This document shows, piece by piece, positions 11,705 to 25,100 of a DNA stretch of 64,000 bases. Every line of letters begins with the position of its first letter. The first letter of the stretch is position 1. A model generated the notes under the pieces. It worked only from the letters and a program-made list of their open reading frames with translations. It had not been told where the DNA came from and searched no databases. The stretch is taken from the NCBI GenBank assembly GCA_008632985.1, contig QPGO01000166.1, positions 62,001 to 126,000 of the forward strand, given 5' to 3'. Position numbers and translations under genes: made by a program. Origin of the DNA: Psammoneis japonica (lineage: Eukaryota).

Positions 11705-14332
11705 CTAAATCACAGCCGGTCGAACACCTCTCATTTCAACTGTATTTCCTCTTTTTGGTGGACTGCTACTTGTTGCCATCGGCGTTTTGCTGGACAGTGC
11801 CGAATAAGAATTCACCCCGTTTCCGTCGTTCCCTCGGAAGTCACCGATCTGACCTAGCCCACCGTCCGCTACTCCAGGTACAACCATGCCAGGCTCTGCT
11901 TCAGTAACACTTGTTTGGTTTTGAACAGCCAACTTTTGGGATCGTTCTTTTGCTTCGCTATGTTGTAGAGTCACTTCATCAAACCACGCAAGAAGCTTCT
12001 TCGAGTCCAGGTCTCTATTAGTCAAGACGGCATGCACCTCGTCATCAGCAACGAGACTTGGACTTATCCCAAGGTTGTCTCTCAGATTGCAAACTGTAGT
12101 AAGGCGATCGTTCAGCGAACGAAAAGCATCGCTTTGAGGCAAAAGCATTAGAAGTCCGTAGCAACTCTTCAGCAATGGCGCGTGATATGGCATGTCAACA
12201 TCCAAGAGTTGTAGGCGCAAGTGGACAAAGATCGGACTCTCCAGTAGCCTCACGAGTTTATCGATTTGCATTAGAAATCCCACGGTGACCTCCAGTTCAG
12301 AAAATTTCTTTACAAGAGCAAACGAGAGATCGTATGCCTGAGCCAGGAGGCAGAGTGAAAAGGTTGAGACCGGATTATGACACCAGCAACGAAAGAGCGA
12401 GTCAAACACCTTTGCGCCATCATTTGATTCATCTCCAAAGGAAGAACGTTTGTTTCCGACCGCCTTTCGGAAGCTGTTTGACAGAATACTCCGAAGATCA
12501 TGCAGTTCTGAGGCACTCATAAGAATTAAGTTGAGTGTCTGGACCATGGTGCTGATAAACTCAAACGAGTCGGCTTCGCTTTCCCCTTCGTCCGAAGACT
12601 CGTACTTTGACAGTGCCTCTGCCATACGGATATAAACACTCTTTGCATTCAGCAGAACACAAAGCTTTCTCACAATGAGGGATCCTCTTGTCTCTAAAAG
12701 TTGACGGTCACTTGCAAAGAGGCTAAGAATTGCGTTGAGCACCATTTGAAACTGTGCTTCTTCTGCATCAGTTTCGCTCGTAGCCTCACGGTCGCTTTTC
12801 TGGTTTAGTGATATCCGCGACAGAACTTGCAAATTCAGTAGTACGACAGCATCACTTGGATCAGAGAGAGTGCGAAGCAGCACTGGCAGAAGGTCTCGAA
12901 TGTAAGCATTCATATCACCCTTGCGTTTTTCCAATAGCATGTTTATCCATCGAAGTGCAGCCATTTTAGTCGGCACGTCGTCCTTCCCCAGAAGTTCTCC
13001 GGTTAAAGTGTCCAGTAGTGGCCCAAGCTCAAAACCTCCCTCCGTATCTCTCACAAGAGTCAACAAGTCGGAGTCCGTTCGTTCAGCCACAAGACGGATC
13101 TCCACTTCTCCGTCCGAAATACAACGCATAATCGCTCCAAGAACTTCAGCGTGGTATGGCAACAAAGCGTCACCACCAGAGTAAGGATGATGAATGAGCT
13201 CAGCCAGCCACGTTATGGCCGTGAGTCGATTCAGCCGTTCTTTTGAGTGACATTGTGAGACGAGGATTGAGACAATAGGACCAAACTCAACGACGGTGCT
13301 CACGCTTACTTCGCGTAGAAACTCTGACAGCGCCGAGTCTGCGGCTTGTCGAATTTCTCGATTGCTGTCACTCAGCATATTGAATAAGCCATCAAGAAAG
13401 TCTGGAAGATAGTCAATCATACTGATATCAGGAATAGAGTCCAATACGGTAATCCAGCCAACAAGGAGCTGACGAATGTACGGGTTTGTTCGACGAATAT
13501 AAGTCTGCAAGAGCGGCAAGAATTGCTCCACATGAAAGTTGTCACTCTCCGAAACAATGTCTTTGATAAGTCGATCGAGCAAGTTTGCTCCATTCTTCAC
13601 GTCAACATCTACGTCCGCGAATAGCTTCGTAAGACCCTCAAAGATTCGATTGAAGTATTGCAGGATTGACATTCGAGAAACCTTGGCGATATTGTAGAGA
13701 CTCTCGCATGCATAGTAGCGGACGCGGGACTCTGGATCATCAAAGCAATGCAAGACGGGAGGAAGAAGAAGGTCAAGATAGTCTTTTGAATTTTGCATAA
13801 GGCCAATGGCAGTAGCAGCAAGGCCAATGAGTCCTCCTTTTCGATAATTCGAGTTCATGCTTGTGCAGAAATCTCGCGAAAGTACCAGAATGACGCTTTT
13901 GATCATGGATGTGTTGTTCGCCTCCTGCAATGACTTCACTAGCGCCTCGATTTCAAGAGCCGCATTTTTTCGTTTCTCATTGGAGCGATCACCTAGCGAG
14001 CGCTGGACGACAGGCGGAAGAGGACTTTCGACTGAGATGGTCTGTTGTGGTTGATGATTCGACGTGGAGGAAGACACTGTTGACGGCGCACGCCCGATCG
14101 CTGCTATTCCTTGTGGAGGAGGAGGCATCGTCTGCGAGCTTTCAGTCGGGGACGGTGCCTGCCTTGTCGCTGGACTTGGAACTACACGTTGATCGCCAAG
14201 AAGCTCAACGCGATCTCTTAGCCTGCTGTTGGGGACGCCGGTGCCTCCCGGACGTCTCTGACCGTCCCCTGTCGACGAGTGCGAGCGACGAATGATCTTC
14301 TCATTCCTGCGGTTTCCTCCAGGATCTGACAT
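11705..14332 (-). CDS. VAC14: VAC14 HEAT-repeat scaffold of the PIKfyve/Fab1 complex
   Basis: 875-aa single ORF with EKRKNAALEIE, RVRYYACESLYNIAKV, GANLLDRLIKDIV, QIDKLVRLLESPIFVHLRLQLL and LLMLLPQSDAF. Confidence 0.96.
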   Translation of the reverse strand: MSDPGGNRRNEKIIRRSHSSTGDGQRRPGGTGVPNSRLRDRVELLGDQRVVPSPATRQAPSPTESSQTMPPPPQGIAAIGRAPSTVSSSTSNHQPQQTISVESPLPPVVQRSLGDRSNEKRKNAALEIEALVKSLQEANNTSMIKSVILVLSRDFCTSMNSNYRKGGLIGLAATAIGLMQNSKDYLDLLLPPVLHCFDDPESRVRYYACESLYNIAKVSRMSILQYFNRIFEGLTKLFADVDVDVKNGANLLDRLIKDIVSESDNFHVEQFLPLLQTYIRRTNPYIRQLLVGWITVLDSIPDISMIDYLPDFLDGLFNMLSDSNREIRQAADSALSEFLREVSVSTVVEFGPIVSILVSQCHSKERLNRLTAITWLAELIHHPYSGGDALLPYHAEVLGAIMRCISDGEVEIRLVAERTDSDLLTLVRDTEGGFELGPLLDTLTGELLGKDDVPTKMAALRWINMLLEKRKGDMNAYIRDLLPVLLRTLSDPSDAVVLLNLQVLSRISLNQKSDREATSETDAEEAQFQMVLNAILSLFASDRQLLETRGSLIVRKLCVLLNAKSVYIRMAEALSKYESSDEGESEADSFEFISTMVQTLNLILMSASELHDLRSILSNSFRKAVGNKRSSFGDESNDGAKVFDSLFRCWCHNPVSTFSLCLLAQAYDLSFALVKKFSELEVTVGFLMQIDKLVRLLESPIFVHLRLQLLDVDMPYHAPLLKSCYGLLMLLPQSDAFRSLNDRLTTVCNLRDNLGISPSLVADDEVHAVLTNRDLDSKKLLAWFDEVTLQHSEAKERSQKLAVQNQTSVTEAEPGMVVPGVADGGLGQIGDFRGNDGNGVNSYSALSSKTPMATSSSPPKRGNTVEMRGVRPAVI

Positions 14333-14757
14333 GTTGAAAAAGAGTAGCTGAAATTGATACTGACGGGTTGGATCGGTTCGCCGCCGTCATCTGGCCGTCA
14401 TTGTCGCTCGTCTGCTCCGCCTATGATACGTACAGTAACAATTATCGGCGGGAAAAGAGCAGACGAATATTATATACAAGTATAACGTACTGTATAATCA
14501 ATAAGACATATGTCTTTTTGTATATTCATTAAGGCATAATTTATTTAAAATTAAAATTAGACATATCTATCGTTGAAGGTAGCATTCCACGCCAGCACAA
14601 TCCGAAATTCCGAAATCCAGTCCTTCTGTATGTTCCCTGCTGTCTCTCAACGAAATAATGTCGAATGCAAGTCGAATGTCGATGCATGTCCCATGTCCCC
14701 ATTGTCTGTTGACGACGTAAACGTTCTTTGTTCCGATTGTGCAGGCCGCGGTTAGCA

Positions 14758-15519
14758 ATGATTCAGAGTCGTCGAAAAGCATCAAAGAATGGTCGCTATA
14801 CGGTGATACTGTTTGTTTGCGCATTGATTGCAGTTACGGATTCGTTCGGCTCGTTTGGTTTAACCCAAAGAAACAAGATTTCGTTCCGACACACCTTACA
14901 CAACAGGAACACCCCATTTCGTGTTGATAACGGCAAGGTCAAAGAACCAGCGTTACATTCATCGAAGACAATGAAGCTTTGGGAGAAAACTCTCTCCCCC
15001 AGCTTCCTGCAATTGGGTCTTCCTCTTTTGATCCTTCGTCACATAATGCGACTGAGTTCTCACCAAGTTCTGGGGAATCTGCTGTCGTCTCCGAGAAGTT
15101 CGAGTTGCGATACACTTGCAAGATTTGCGAAACCAGCAATAGTAACCTAGTTTCACGAGTTGGTGAGTGTTGACTTGGTCTTGTTCGTTGGTGCTTTTGT
15201 TGACATCGTCAGATTGGCTCGCCTTTTTTCTAAACTTGTTCTAAAAACAATGTTGCTTGTAGCATACCGGACTGGAGTCGTAATTGCTGTTTGTCGGGGT
15301 TGTGGGGCTAAGCATTTGATTGCTGACAATTTGGGATGGCACAATTACATTGGAGGATTCGAGGGAGATAAGAATATCGAAGAATACATGGCGTCGAAAG
15401 GTTTGGAGGACAGCGTCAATCGCGTGTCCACAGAAGTCTTCGAGCTGGAAAAGATGCTTGGGGTTGATTCTGCCTCGGGCTCGATTGTAGGTGACGGAGG
15501 TGAATTAGCCATGGAGTAG
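14758..15519 (+). CDS. DNLZ: DNL-type zinc finger protein (Hep1/Zim17-like), probably organelle-targeted; apparent frameshift near 14960, one intron ~15163-15262
   Basis: FELRYTCKICETSNSNLVSR|..AYRTGVVIAVCRGCGAKHLIADNLGW. A hydrophobic N-terminal segment (VILFVCALIAVTDSF) lies in a different frame. Confidence 0.8.
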
Positions 15520-15729
15520 GTTGGGCGAATAAGCCATGGAGTAGGTTGGGCTTTTTTAAAGGCAGAAACATTTGTAGAGAACAGGATAGTAGAAAAACTA
15601 GAATGCTTGCCATAATCTCACTGTTTCAAAACTGGCAGTGCCATTACACTACATGACACTGTGAGACGCCAAGTGGTAAAATTGGACTAGATGGAGTAAA
15701 GGGATCGTTGACACTGGAACATGCTATCT

Positions 15730-18700
15730 GCAGGCAATGTGAACGGGGCGACATGCCGGACGCAATCCAATCGAGTTGTGAATGCTGACATCATCGACAG
15801 TCTTGATCTGCATTTTGAACGCGTTCTTCTGTCCCATGACGTGCCCGGCTAACAACACAACTCACTTGCACGGCTCCTGCGGTTTCCAAAGCAAGTCCAA
15901 AACATCAACCTTTGACAACCCCTCCTGTTCTGTCGCACAATCTGACTTGGAATTGGCTGGCACCACCATGCAACCCAGGAAGCCGCTGCCCCCAGTGTTT
16001 TCTTTTTTTGAACATGAATGAACCATTTGCAACAAAGCTGAGAACACTGCAACCATGTGTTGGGCATGAAAGGGATCAACAACCACTGAATCTGCCTTGT
16101 CTGAATTTTTTTCTGCCAGTTGTCTCATTGCCAACACTGCCACAGTCCAGAAAAAAGGCTGTGTGGCGGCTGTTTGACCCTGATTTTCTTGACCATTTCA
16201 GTGCTGCCAATTCCTGGACAAAAGCCTCCTTGTGACCATGGACCCCAACACCACAGCTGGTCTTCACACTGGTCACTCAACTGTCCAAAAGACCACCCAA
16301 TCTGGTGTCATGGTTGGCTGGCTGGTCGAGCATTGCTGCCACTGACAGTGCCTGGGACATGCTGGGGTCAGTTCCCATGACTGGCCATGAATGCCTTGCT
16401 TTGCAACATCCAAGATTGTGTTGCCCTTTTTCTTGCAGGAAAGGGCCATCCCTGTAGAAAACTGCCTGGAGAAGGGAGATCTGCGGCCAAAACTCACCAT
16501 GTTGCTAGCCGCAGTGTGGGCATGCAGTGCTGACTTTCAAAGTCAAAAAGCTCAGTCAAAAATCCAACCATCTCCAACAAAAGGCTGGGGAGGCTTGGTG
16601 CCATTTCGCCATGTCATCCCACAACATCTGTTCTCAACTCAAAGAACAAAAAAAGTGCAAAGAGTGCAAGTTTGGAGTGGGGAGTGGCAGCCAACACAAG
16701 AGCAAAAAAAATTCGCATGGGAGCAATGATGAACAAATCCATCAATGCATTCAAAATTCACATGATGCCAACAGATCTTTAAGTCATGGACCAAAAAGGG
16801 ACAATGGACACCCCAAAAGCTGGCTCATCTTTTTTTTTTATTTAGAATCTTGCAAACAGGAAAATCTTTTCCATCTCTGCGGCAAAACAGTGCTTTGGCT
16901 CTTGCGTGCAGCATGGCCCACACAACTTCACAGTCAGCACAAATGCTCCAGCCAGGTGCAGCCACAAAGGCAAAGGAGGGCAGGTGCTGCATGATGACAG
17001 TGCCTCTTCATTGGCTTTTTTGGCTTTTTTCCCTGTGTTCTCCTTCACTTCCTTGGCTTTTGCACTCTTCTGCTGCCCCGATGCATGTGCGCACAAAGAG
17101 CACCAAAGCACAGACAGCCGCTAAAAATGGAGACTGTTGATGCACACCAACATGCAATGAAGAAAAGAGCACCCTTCTGCACACACAAAGCAGCCCTGCA
17201 AGTGCCTCTTCCTTTCAAACAGGCACAGCAAAAGAGCAACGGCAGCTAAATGGAAAAAACACTGCCACCTGGAAGTGGTCAAAGGAAGCAAGTGAAAGAC
17301 AAAAGGCAGTTGGCTGGGAAGGTCAGCTTGGAAAATGCAGTTGCCACAGACAAGAGCGGTGGCAACAATCAAGTGCCAAACCACATGAAAAAAAGTGAGT
17401 TGTTGCAACAAACCAACAAAGGCAGGTCATGCAAAAAAATTCCAATGTGTGCTGCCCACTTTTCCAGAGGCAGTGCAAGTTTTTCTGCTGTCTGTTGTCT
17501 GCTTTTCTGGGGTTTGCAGCACCACCTTGTGCTGAAGTGCCTTGCTTGCATTTGCAAGGATTGACCAAGCATGATCTGAACAAGCAAGTGGGCTTGACTC
17601 CAGCCCACTTGTTTTGCTCCCAGTCATGATGCAATGGACTTTGCATTGATGACCATCCCTGCACACAAGTTGCTGCTTGCTCATGCCCCAAAATGAACTG
17701 CGTGCATGTCCCTTGTGCTTTTCTGAGTTGTCCTCAAAGGTGCAGCTTGCACAGCCAGGTTTTTGGCACATTGGAGAGGTGCTCAACTGAGTTCACAGCC
17801 TCCTTTGCTCACAAATGAACTCTCCATCTTTCACCTCTCTGGGCTTGCAAAATTCAACAATGCCTTCCAGCTGCCAGCTGATGTGCTTTGCTGCCAAGGT
17901 CCACCCTTTGTGCAACCTCTTGAAGCATTTGGGCATGCAAGAACTCCAAGCCAGGTGCAGCTTCATTGAGAATGTGTGCCACAAATTCTCGTGCTTTGCA
18001 CCTGGGTCTTTGCCACTTCCCTGCTTGCAAAGATCACACAAGCTCTCACAAAGCTGCTGTTCTTTCCTGCACTGAGCTTTGCAAATCATGGGCTCCCCTG
18101 AGCTTTGGTGACAAAGTCTGTGTGTTCACTCAATGGCCTGCACTGTGATGATTTTTTCTTTGCAACTTGGGCAAGTTTTCTTTTGGTGCCTTGAAACCAG
18201 TGGTCTGCCACAAATGCTCTTGGGGAGTCTGTTGTTCTTCAACAGCCAAAAGCTGATCTTCCAGCATTGCAAATGCAGAAAAAGGCACTGCACAAATGAA
18301 AGTTGAGATGGCAGCCAAACAATGGCACCAATCTGCTGGGGTGCACATGTGCTTGAACAAAAATTTTTGAAATTTCCCTCAGTTGAGCAGAGCAGCTGCC
18401 CCTTGAAGCCATGACAAGGATTGGTTGGGGCAGCAGCTGCCCATGTGCTGTGAGCATTGCACGCCAACAGGGTGCATTCTTTCTGGCTGTCACTTGCCAA
18501 ACTCAGTGGGTCACTGACAAGAACACAGCACAGTGTGTCGTTTTGTGCAGCTCAATTGATGTTTCACCATCAAGAGTGCTTCAAATCATCTAGCTTGAGC
18601 CAAAAACACACCATGCAGACAATTGAGTGTGCCACAAAGCATCAAGTTGGTGTCAAGAAGAGCTGCCGTCCCAGGAATTTCTTTGGCAACCAATTTCCCT

Positions 18701-20450
18701 TCACCAGCAGGTTGAGCAGCACCAAGGCTGCTGCACTTTCTTTTTCCACCAATGCTGAAAAAGCCTTGCTTGGAAAAATCTGGTTGGCTCCCTTGGCTTT
18801 GGCAATTGCTGGATCTGGCAAGGCCTGAAAAAACTTGTCCCACACCCAGCACAACCCTTTGTGGCCTCAACCATGCTAGAATGCTGTGTGCTTCATCCCA
18901 TGCTTCACAACAAAATGGCCAAAATCTTCAGAACAATGCAAACATCTGCCAAGGCCTTGATGATGATTGTGCCCATGTCATTTGCAATCTCACTTGCTTG
19001 TGCTCGTTGGCTTCAGCAAAATGCTGATTGACAGCAATGTGAAATGACATCAGACGTCCACACAGATTTTCCCCGATTGCTCCCTGCAACAGTCTTGCAA
19101 CCCCACCTCAATGGTCTGGCACATGAGCTGTCCCAAGAAGCCCAAAACATCTGCACCACACCTGCAAACACCCAAGAAAAAGCATTGTTGAAATTGGCAC
19201 AAGCTTGAGTGTGTTGGCAGGTCTTCCAAACAAGGCATCACCATGGCTTTTAGCATCTCTTTCTCAACATGAGGGGTTGACAATTTCCACAAGCTTGGCA
19301 AACTTGCCCACACTGCTGGCCACATCTTTTCTTGGTGGGCTTGGTTGCCTTCTCAACATTGCCCCTTTTTGCACCTCCATCTCCACACCAATGCTGGGTT
19401 CTGCAAAAATGACACAAAGAGATTTGTTGACTTCAGCACATGCAGTGCAACTTTGAGCAAGTGCTTTCCAGGTGAGAATGCCAGCCAGGGCACCCTTTGC
19501 ATCAACAAAGCCACTCTCTCATTTTTCAAAATCTTGGCCACTCCCCTTGATGATTGGCATGGCAAGGCAACTCAACGAGCATTTTCTTCACCAGTTTTTG
19601 GCACAACAAAATCTTTGAGACAATGACCTTTGGCAGTTTGAAACAAATCATCAACAAAGCTGTCATGTTTTCAGCATCCTCCTCCTCTGACATGTCAAAC
19701 TCTTCTGGAATGTGTGATTTGTCATTCTGGCAGCTGTTGACATTGCTGACACCATTGTTTGTGGTGGCATCTTTCAAAGCTGCCTCAAATGAAAGTCTGT
19801 GCTTTCAGCAAATGATTTGTCTGTCAAGTTGCAGTGCCAGCAGGGCAACAGTTGGCAACAACAGCAGAGGGTGTCTTGAGAGTGGGAGCAGGTGGTGGAA
19901 ATTTTAAGAAACTGTCATTGGCGGAGTGAATGGCACACTTGTTTTAGAGAGCTTTGGACTTTTTTTCTGGCTGGCACATCAGCTGCTTTTCATTTTGTGA
20001 CATGATGGTGGGAGCCCCCGCATGCAGTTGCTTTGAATTTTTTGTGACACAAGCCATTGTTGCACATGATGTGCACTTCCAAGTTGCTCGCAACAACCTC
20101 CAGCTGGCAGCACCATGATGCATGCTGACAGTGTCACAGTGGTGCACAGTGTGAGGGGGGAGGTTGGCAATGTCCACAAGCTTGATGAACTTGTCTGCAC
20201 TGCTGATCTTTCCTTGATGGAGTCAGCTGGCTTCTCAATGTGTGCAGAATTCAGAGCGAAGAAGAGCCCAGGAGAAAGGAGAGAACGCAATGATCACAGT
20301 GGTGAATCGTGTCGATGTTTGTGTTGTGTTTTGTGCACTTGCACCGGTGCATGTTTGATGTGGTGTTGCTTTGTTGAGGCTTGACCAATTGTTGTCCAAG
20401 GGACGGAAAGCAAGGAAGGAAAAAGTTCCATGGATCGCTCTCTCGCTCGA
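15730..20450. other. TpA/CpG-depleted hypermutated block 1 (decayed TE or gene relics, family not identifiable)
   Basis: TA and CG nearly absent, TG/CA very abundant; ORFs are Tyr-free and Cys/His-rich. Confidence 0.85.
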
Positions 20451-20516
20451 GTGCATTTTACATTTTAAATAAATCGCCTGTGCACGCACAAAAGCACAAC
20501 CGCCTAAAACAAAAAA

Positions 20517-20543
20517 TGCTTCGACCGTGAATCGAACACGGGG

Positions 20544-20585
<42 letters not shown>

Positions 20586-20590
20586 AAGGC
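20517..20590 (-). tRNA. tRNA-Phe(GAA)
   Basis: Reverse complement GCCTTCGATAGCTCAGTTGGGAGAGCGTCAGACT-GAA-GATCTGAAGGCCCCGTGTTCGATTCACGGTCGAAGCA, followed by a T-run terminator. The acceptor stem has one extra or bulged C. Confidence 0.9.
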
Positions 20591-20654
20591 AGATGTGCGA
20601 TGGGCATAGGGTAATCTTTGATTATTTGAAGCCTGCAATGAGCAATTCCCTGAG

Positions 20655-20777
20655 CCAGTGAGGAGCTCTTGACTGAGGAACGACACTGTTGAAATGATTG
20701 GTAGAAAAACTAACTATATGTCAACGTGCACGTTGTCGTGTATAGTTGTGTGCTGGAATTGCAGTTTGGACCCGCCA
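20655..20777. repeat. tRNA-Phe 5' flank, copy A (direct repeat with 26521-26643)
   Basis: Ungapped by-eye alignment ccagtgaggagctc...ggacccgcca vs ccactgaggagctc...tgacccgcca. Confidence 0.9.
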
Positions 20778-22162
20778 TTGCACACCTGCCGCCGGAGCAC
20801 TCAACTTTTCCCGTCACCTCAACCGGGTGACGGACGGACGCTCTCTCTGCACTGCGCGATATCGCGCGCTACGGGCGTGACGTACGGTACCGTACCACTG
20901 ATGATCATACATCATACCGCACCACGCGCGCGATGCACAACCATGAGAATGAGCGATGAGCGATGATGCGAGCGGCGAGCGAGGAATGAATGAAACCCTA
21001 ACCACTGACACACCCTGCCACATGCATCCACCTCTCAGAGCCTTTGTGGCATTGTACATGATATATGAAAGACAGGTGTGAAAGATTGGCACGCTAATGC
21101 ATCTCATCGACGTGAGTGTATCATAATTATTTGTAATGTTATCGCCTTCTGCCTGTCCGTTTTACGTACGTTCTGTTGCGACTTGTTGTTTTTCCATAAT
21201 GGACGCTTGTCGCTTACGAGTATATGGCAAGCTTTTTCATCGCGCTTAACGTTTGCTGCAAGTCTGTGCTGCTTCTTCTTTTTTCTGCGTGAGGTGCATT
21301 GAACTCCACACAGTTTTGGAAACCGTTCTGTGTTTTACCAATAACAACCTGCATCTGGTATGGCATTTCTGAAGACGTCAATCTACCTTTCGAGTCCACT
21401 ACCAGGTGTTTTCTCTCTTCTCAGTGTCGTCAGCTCCGGTTCGAGCAAGATCCTCATTGCGTCGAAAGTATCAGTTTCAACCTCATTCTCCTTCTATTAC
21501 CTGTTACCTGTATGGCGATACGGTACGAATGATGCATCTTCTTGTTTTCCATTTCATAAACAATGCCACATGCTTGAATTCTGACAATTAGAGTTATGCC
21601 ATTTGTTCTTTGTTCCAGGTTCCCACTAGAGTATGAATACGGCATACCCCGACAAGCAAGAAGTAATAAATTGGATTTGCTTCTTCAATTTGGTACGTAG
21701 ACCTACCGGTATCACGCGTCTATTTGTTGAGTCTTCTATTCCATGTCACACGTTTTAATCCTAATATAGAGGGAGCAGTATCGCTGTAGAGCAAAAGTGA
21801 TTTGATCGCGAATGGTCTTGATTACCAACTACTTCAGTGTTGAGGCAGTTTGGTTCGAATTTACTTCTCCGGTGAGTCGTCTATGAAACATCTCAGTCCA
21901 TCAGATCATCTCAAAGTACCTGTACTGTACCTATTTTCAACATATATTGTGCATCATTATTTATTCATCGTCCCTTTTCTCTCGTTCAGTCTGCAGCACG
22001 TACCACACTGTTCCTCAATCATTAGTTTACACAATCTACAGTAAACTTATTCTTGGTATCTCATACATTGGCGCACAAAACAGCGAATGCAAAAGTCCAC
22101 CGCACACCAAACATTTGCCGTACCAATCCGTTTCTCACGGTCAACATCATCTCAATCTACTT

Positions 22163-25100
22163 TTACCAGGCAAAGTCTTCAAATTCAGAGTCTTCATCAT
22201 CTGATTCTGCCTCGTGGTCACCTTCATCTGAGTCTGAGTCTGCTTCCAGGTCATGGTCATCTGAATGCACGGTGTGCAATGAAGCGTCATCCGAAGCGTC
22301 GTCCGAGTATGTGTCTGCTAACTCATTGTAGCCAGCGGCTGCGGCCTCATCAATCCACTGACCGTAAAATGTTGGTTTCCCACAACTTCGAGGACCTGAT
22401 ACATTGTTATCGCTTGTAGCCAACGCAACAGCATCTTCCTCAGTGTTGTCGTTCTCCGTAGATGATTCGACGGTATCGACGGAACTAGCAACGGTAGGCT
22501 TTGCCAAGCCTGATGTATTGTACTCACTCGCAGCCAACTCAACAACATCTTCCTCGGCGCTGTCGCTCCTTGTACGTTCAACGGTATCGACGGAACTAGC
22601 AACGGTGGGCTTTGCCAAGCCTGATACATTGCACTCACTCGTTGCGGCCTCATCCTCGGCGCTGTCGCTCTTTGTACGTTCGACGGTATCGGCGGAATTA
22701 GTAACGGTGGGCTTTATCAAGATTGTTTCTGGCGGATCCTTTCTGGTAGTCGTGTCAGTAGCCATCGTCGCGTTGGATTGGGGGTGTTCCTTTCTAGACG
22801 TATCGGCAACCTTCTTTTTCTTGGGAGGATCCTTCCTATTACCGGTGGACGCCACTAGTTCTGCAGCCTTCCTCTTGTTTGATGATTCGGGGGGATCTTT
22901 CCTAGTAGAAACGGGAGGAGTTTCGTAATTGGCAACAAGGCCGTGAGTAATGGACAATGCAAGTGCCATTTTCCCTTGATCCCTTTCCAATTCAGCTTTG
23001 GCTTTTGCGGCTGCTTCACGCTCCTCGTCAGGCACCCGATGCTTTTCACGAATAGTCCACAGGGACTGAGTTTTTTCAACCTTTGCCAAGTGCTTTTCCG
23101 CCGTTGCAATGTGCTGACATTTCAAGCACTTGATTTTCCCATCAGCCTTGGTAAACGTCACTTCCACCGTGGTGATGTTTTCCTTTTCCCGAAGAAGTAG
23201 AATGTCGAACAAGGCGACAACGTCATTCCAGTAGATGTGCGTTTTGCCGCACTGACGGATCCAGCAAAGCAGGGCCCGACCGCACAACTCGTTGAACCAA
23301 TTGTTGCATTTATCCCTGTGATTTCGGATTGCTCGATTTTCTTTGGTAGACTTTTTGAAAATTCCGCGGCGCTGTCGGTCCTGCTCTTCGGCGGCCTTTC
23401 TCCTCTTCAATTCTGATCGAAGAGCATCGTCAGTGACAAGTTTTTCTTGTTGACGGTCCTGGAAGCTCCGTTGCTTGATGCGTTCCTTGGTCTGAATGTT
23501 GATGAGACCATGTTTTGCAACGTCTCTCTCATGCGCTTGCTTCACGCATTCACGATGACAGTCGACCCGCTTTTCTAGGACATCGAGGCGTTTCTTCTGC
23601 TCGTCGGAAAGGCTGCCAAGGTACGCCAACTCACGTCGCTCCATTTTGCGATGGCATCGCTGACAAACAAAACAGCCAGGACAACCGTGGCCGGTCCCTG
23701 TCATTGACCCTGTGCAAAACATGGTCCGAGAATCATTGCCCGCATTTCCGTTGTCAGCCAGACAAGGGCATGCTTTGGCGGGAGCATCAGCAATGGCCGG
23801 AGCACCAGGACAGCTCCACTGAAGACTCCAAGGTGAGATTGGATCAGAGTTGCCATCCGTCGACAGTTTGAGGTCATGAGCTTCCAACAGTTTGCAAAAG
23901 TTCCGTTCGGACAGGGACATGCCAAACCACAACGCATCGTGGCAATTGAGGTTCAATTGTTTGGAGACCGGCAATGCACCCTTCTTTGGTCCAGCAAAGC
24001 ACCCTCTGGGCATGGCAAGGAGTCGCGCCTTGTAGAAGCACTCGTCTTTGCACTTGTCAGTGTCTGATTTGCCACAACTCATCAGGAATGCCTGGAGAAT
24101 CTTGTGTTGATTCTGCACGTTCTCCGCCGAGACGATTCCGGACGCCAACAACAATTCCAAAAACGTTCGACACGCCTTGACGGCATCAAAACGATGTTGG
24201 TGCGACATCTCTTCGGCAAATGCAACAAAGAACGATGACGTGATGATGATGCGATGTTTGGTCGATCGAGAATGGACAAGACACAGCGCGCAGTTGGGCA
24301 AGACATCAATGCTGTCATCCATGTCGACCGTCTCTTGGAGCCATTTGCCGTGCTCCTTCTCCAAAGCGGCAACGGCACTCCGCTCAACAACAATGACGTT
24401 GTTGGTCGGCATTGACTTCAGAAGCCGTTGCAGGACGTCACGTGCACCTTTTGCAAGAGATTCCGCAGCTGGAGGTGCGCAATGACTCTTGTTTGCCCCC
24501 CGCAATTTTGTCATGACATTTCAAATGACCTTGTTGTTTTCATTTGTCATGGGCTCGGCCAAAGATGTTTCCAACTCGGCGAGCACTTCTTGCAGTTGGA
24601 GCTCGCGTGGACACGTCTTGATGGAGTTTTCGAAACCTCCGCAGCATTGTTCCCCAACAGACTCAATGGCTCGATTGTTCTTTACGAAGCCTCCCTTGGG
24701 TGGCAATGGCAAGAGCATGCGCTGCAGAAACTCGGACGTCTTGGACATTTCTTGCAATCAGCACGGGAGTGTTGGCCAAGAAAACTGAAAGAATGTCCCA
24801 CTTGGTGGAATGGGCGCACCAACCATGAATGCCTTGGCATCGTTGTCGATGGGAACCGGTGCGAGGGCATCCAGGACTTTAGAGGATGGGGAAGCGACGA
24901 GCCGCTCTCCGACGGGGCCCCACTTGCACTCGAGTGGCGATGATGCCACTGCTTCCGCCGCCTGCATCATGATGAGATCGTCAATCTCCTGCAGATGATC
25001 TGGGTGTGCAACAAGACCATCCAGTTCAGAGCTTTGATGTCGGTGAGAAGTTGTTGGGGAAGGAGCTCGTAAATTCGTTTTTGATCTAAAAGGCGTGCAG

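Noticed and set aside
14460..14570. AT-rich patch as a possible diatom-type centromere
   Set aside because: Only ~100 bp, in a divergent promoter; insufficient evidence.
22163..24514. Alternative genetic code or foreign (viral/HGT) origin for the Tyr-poor ORF
   Set aside because: The Tyr/TA deficit is graded along the ORF and extends into non-coding DNA, which fits mutation better than codon usage.
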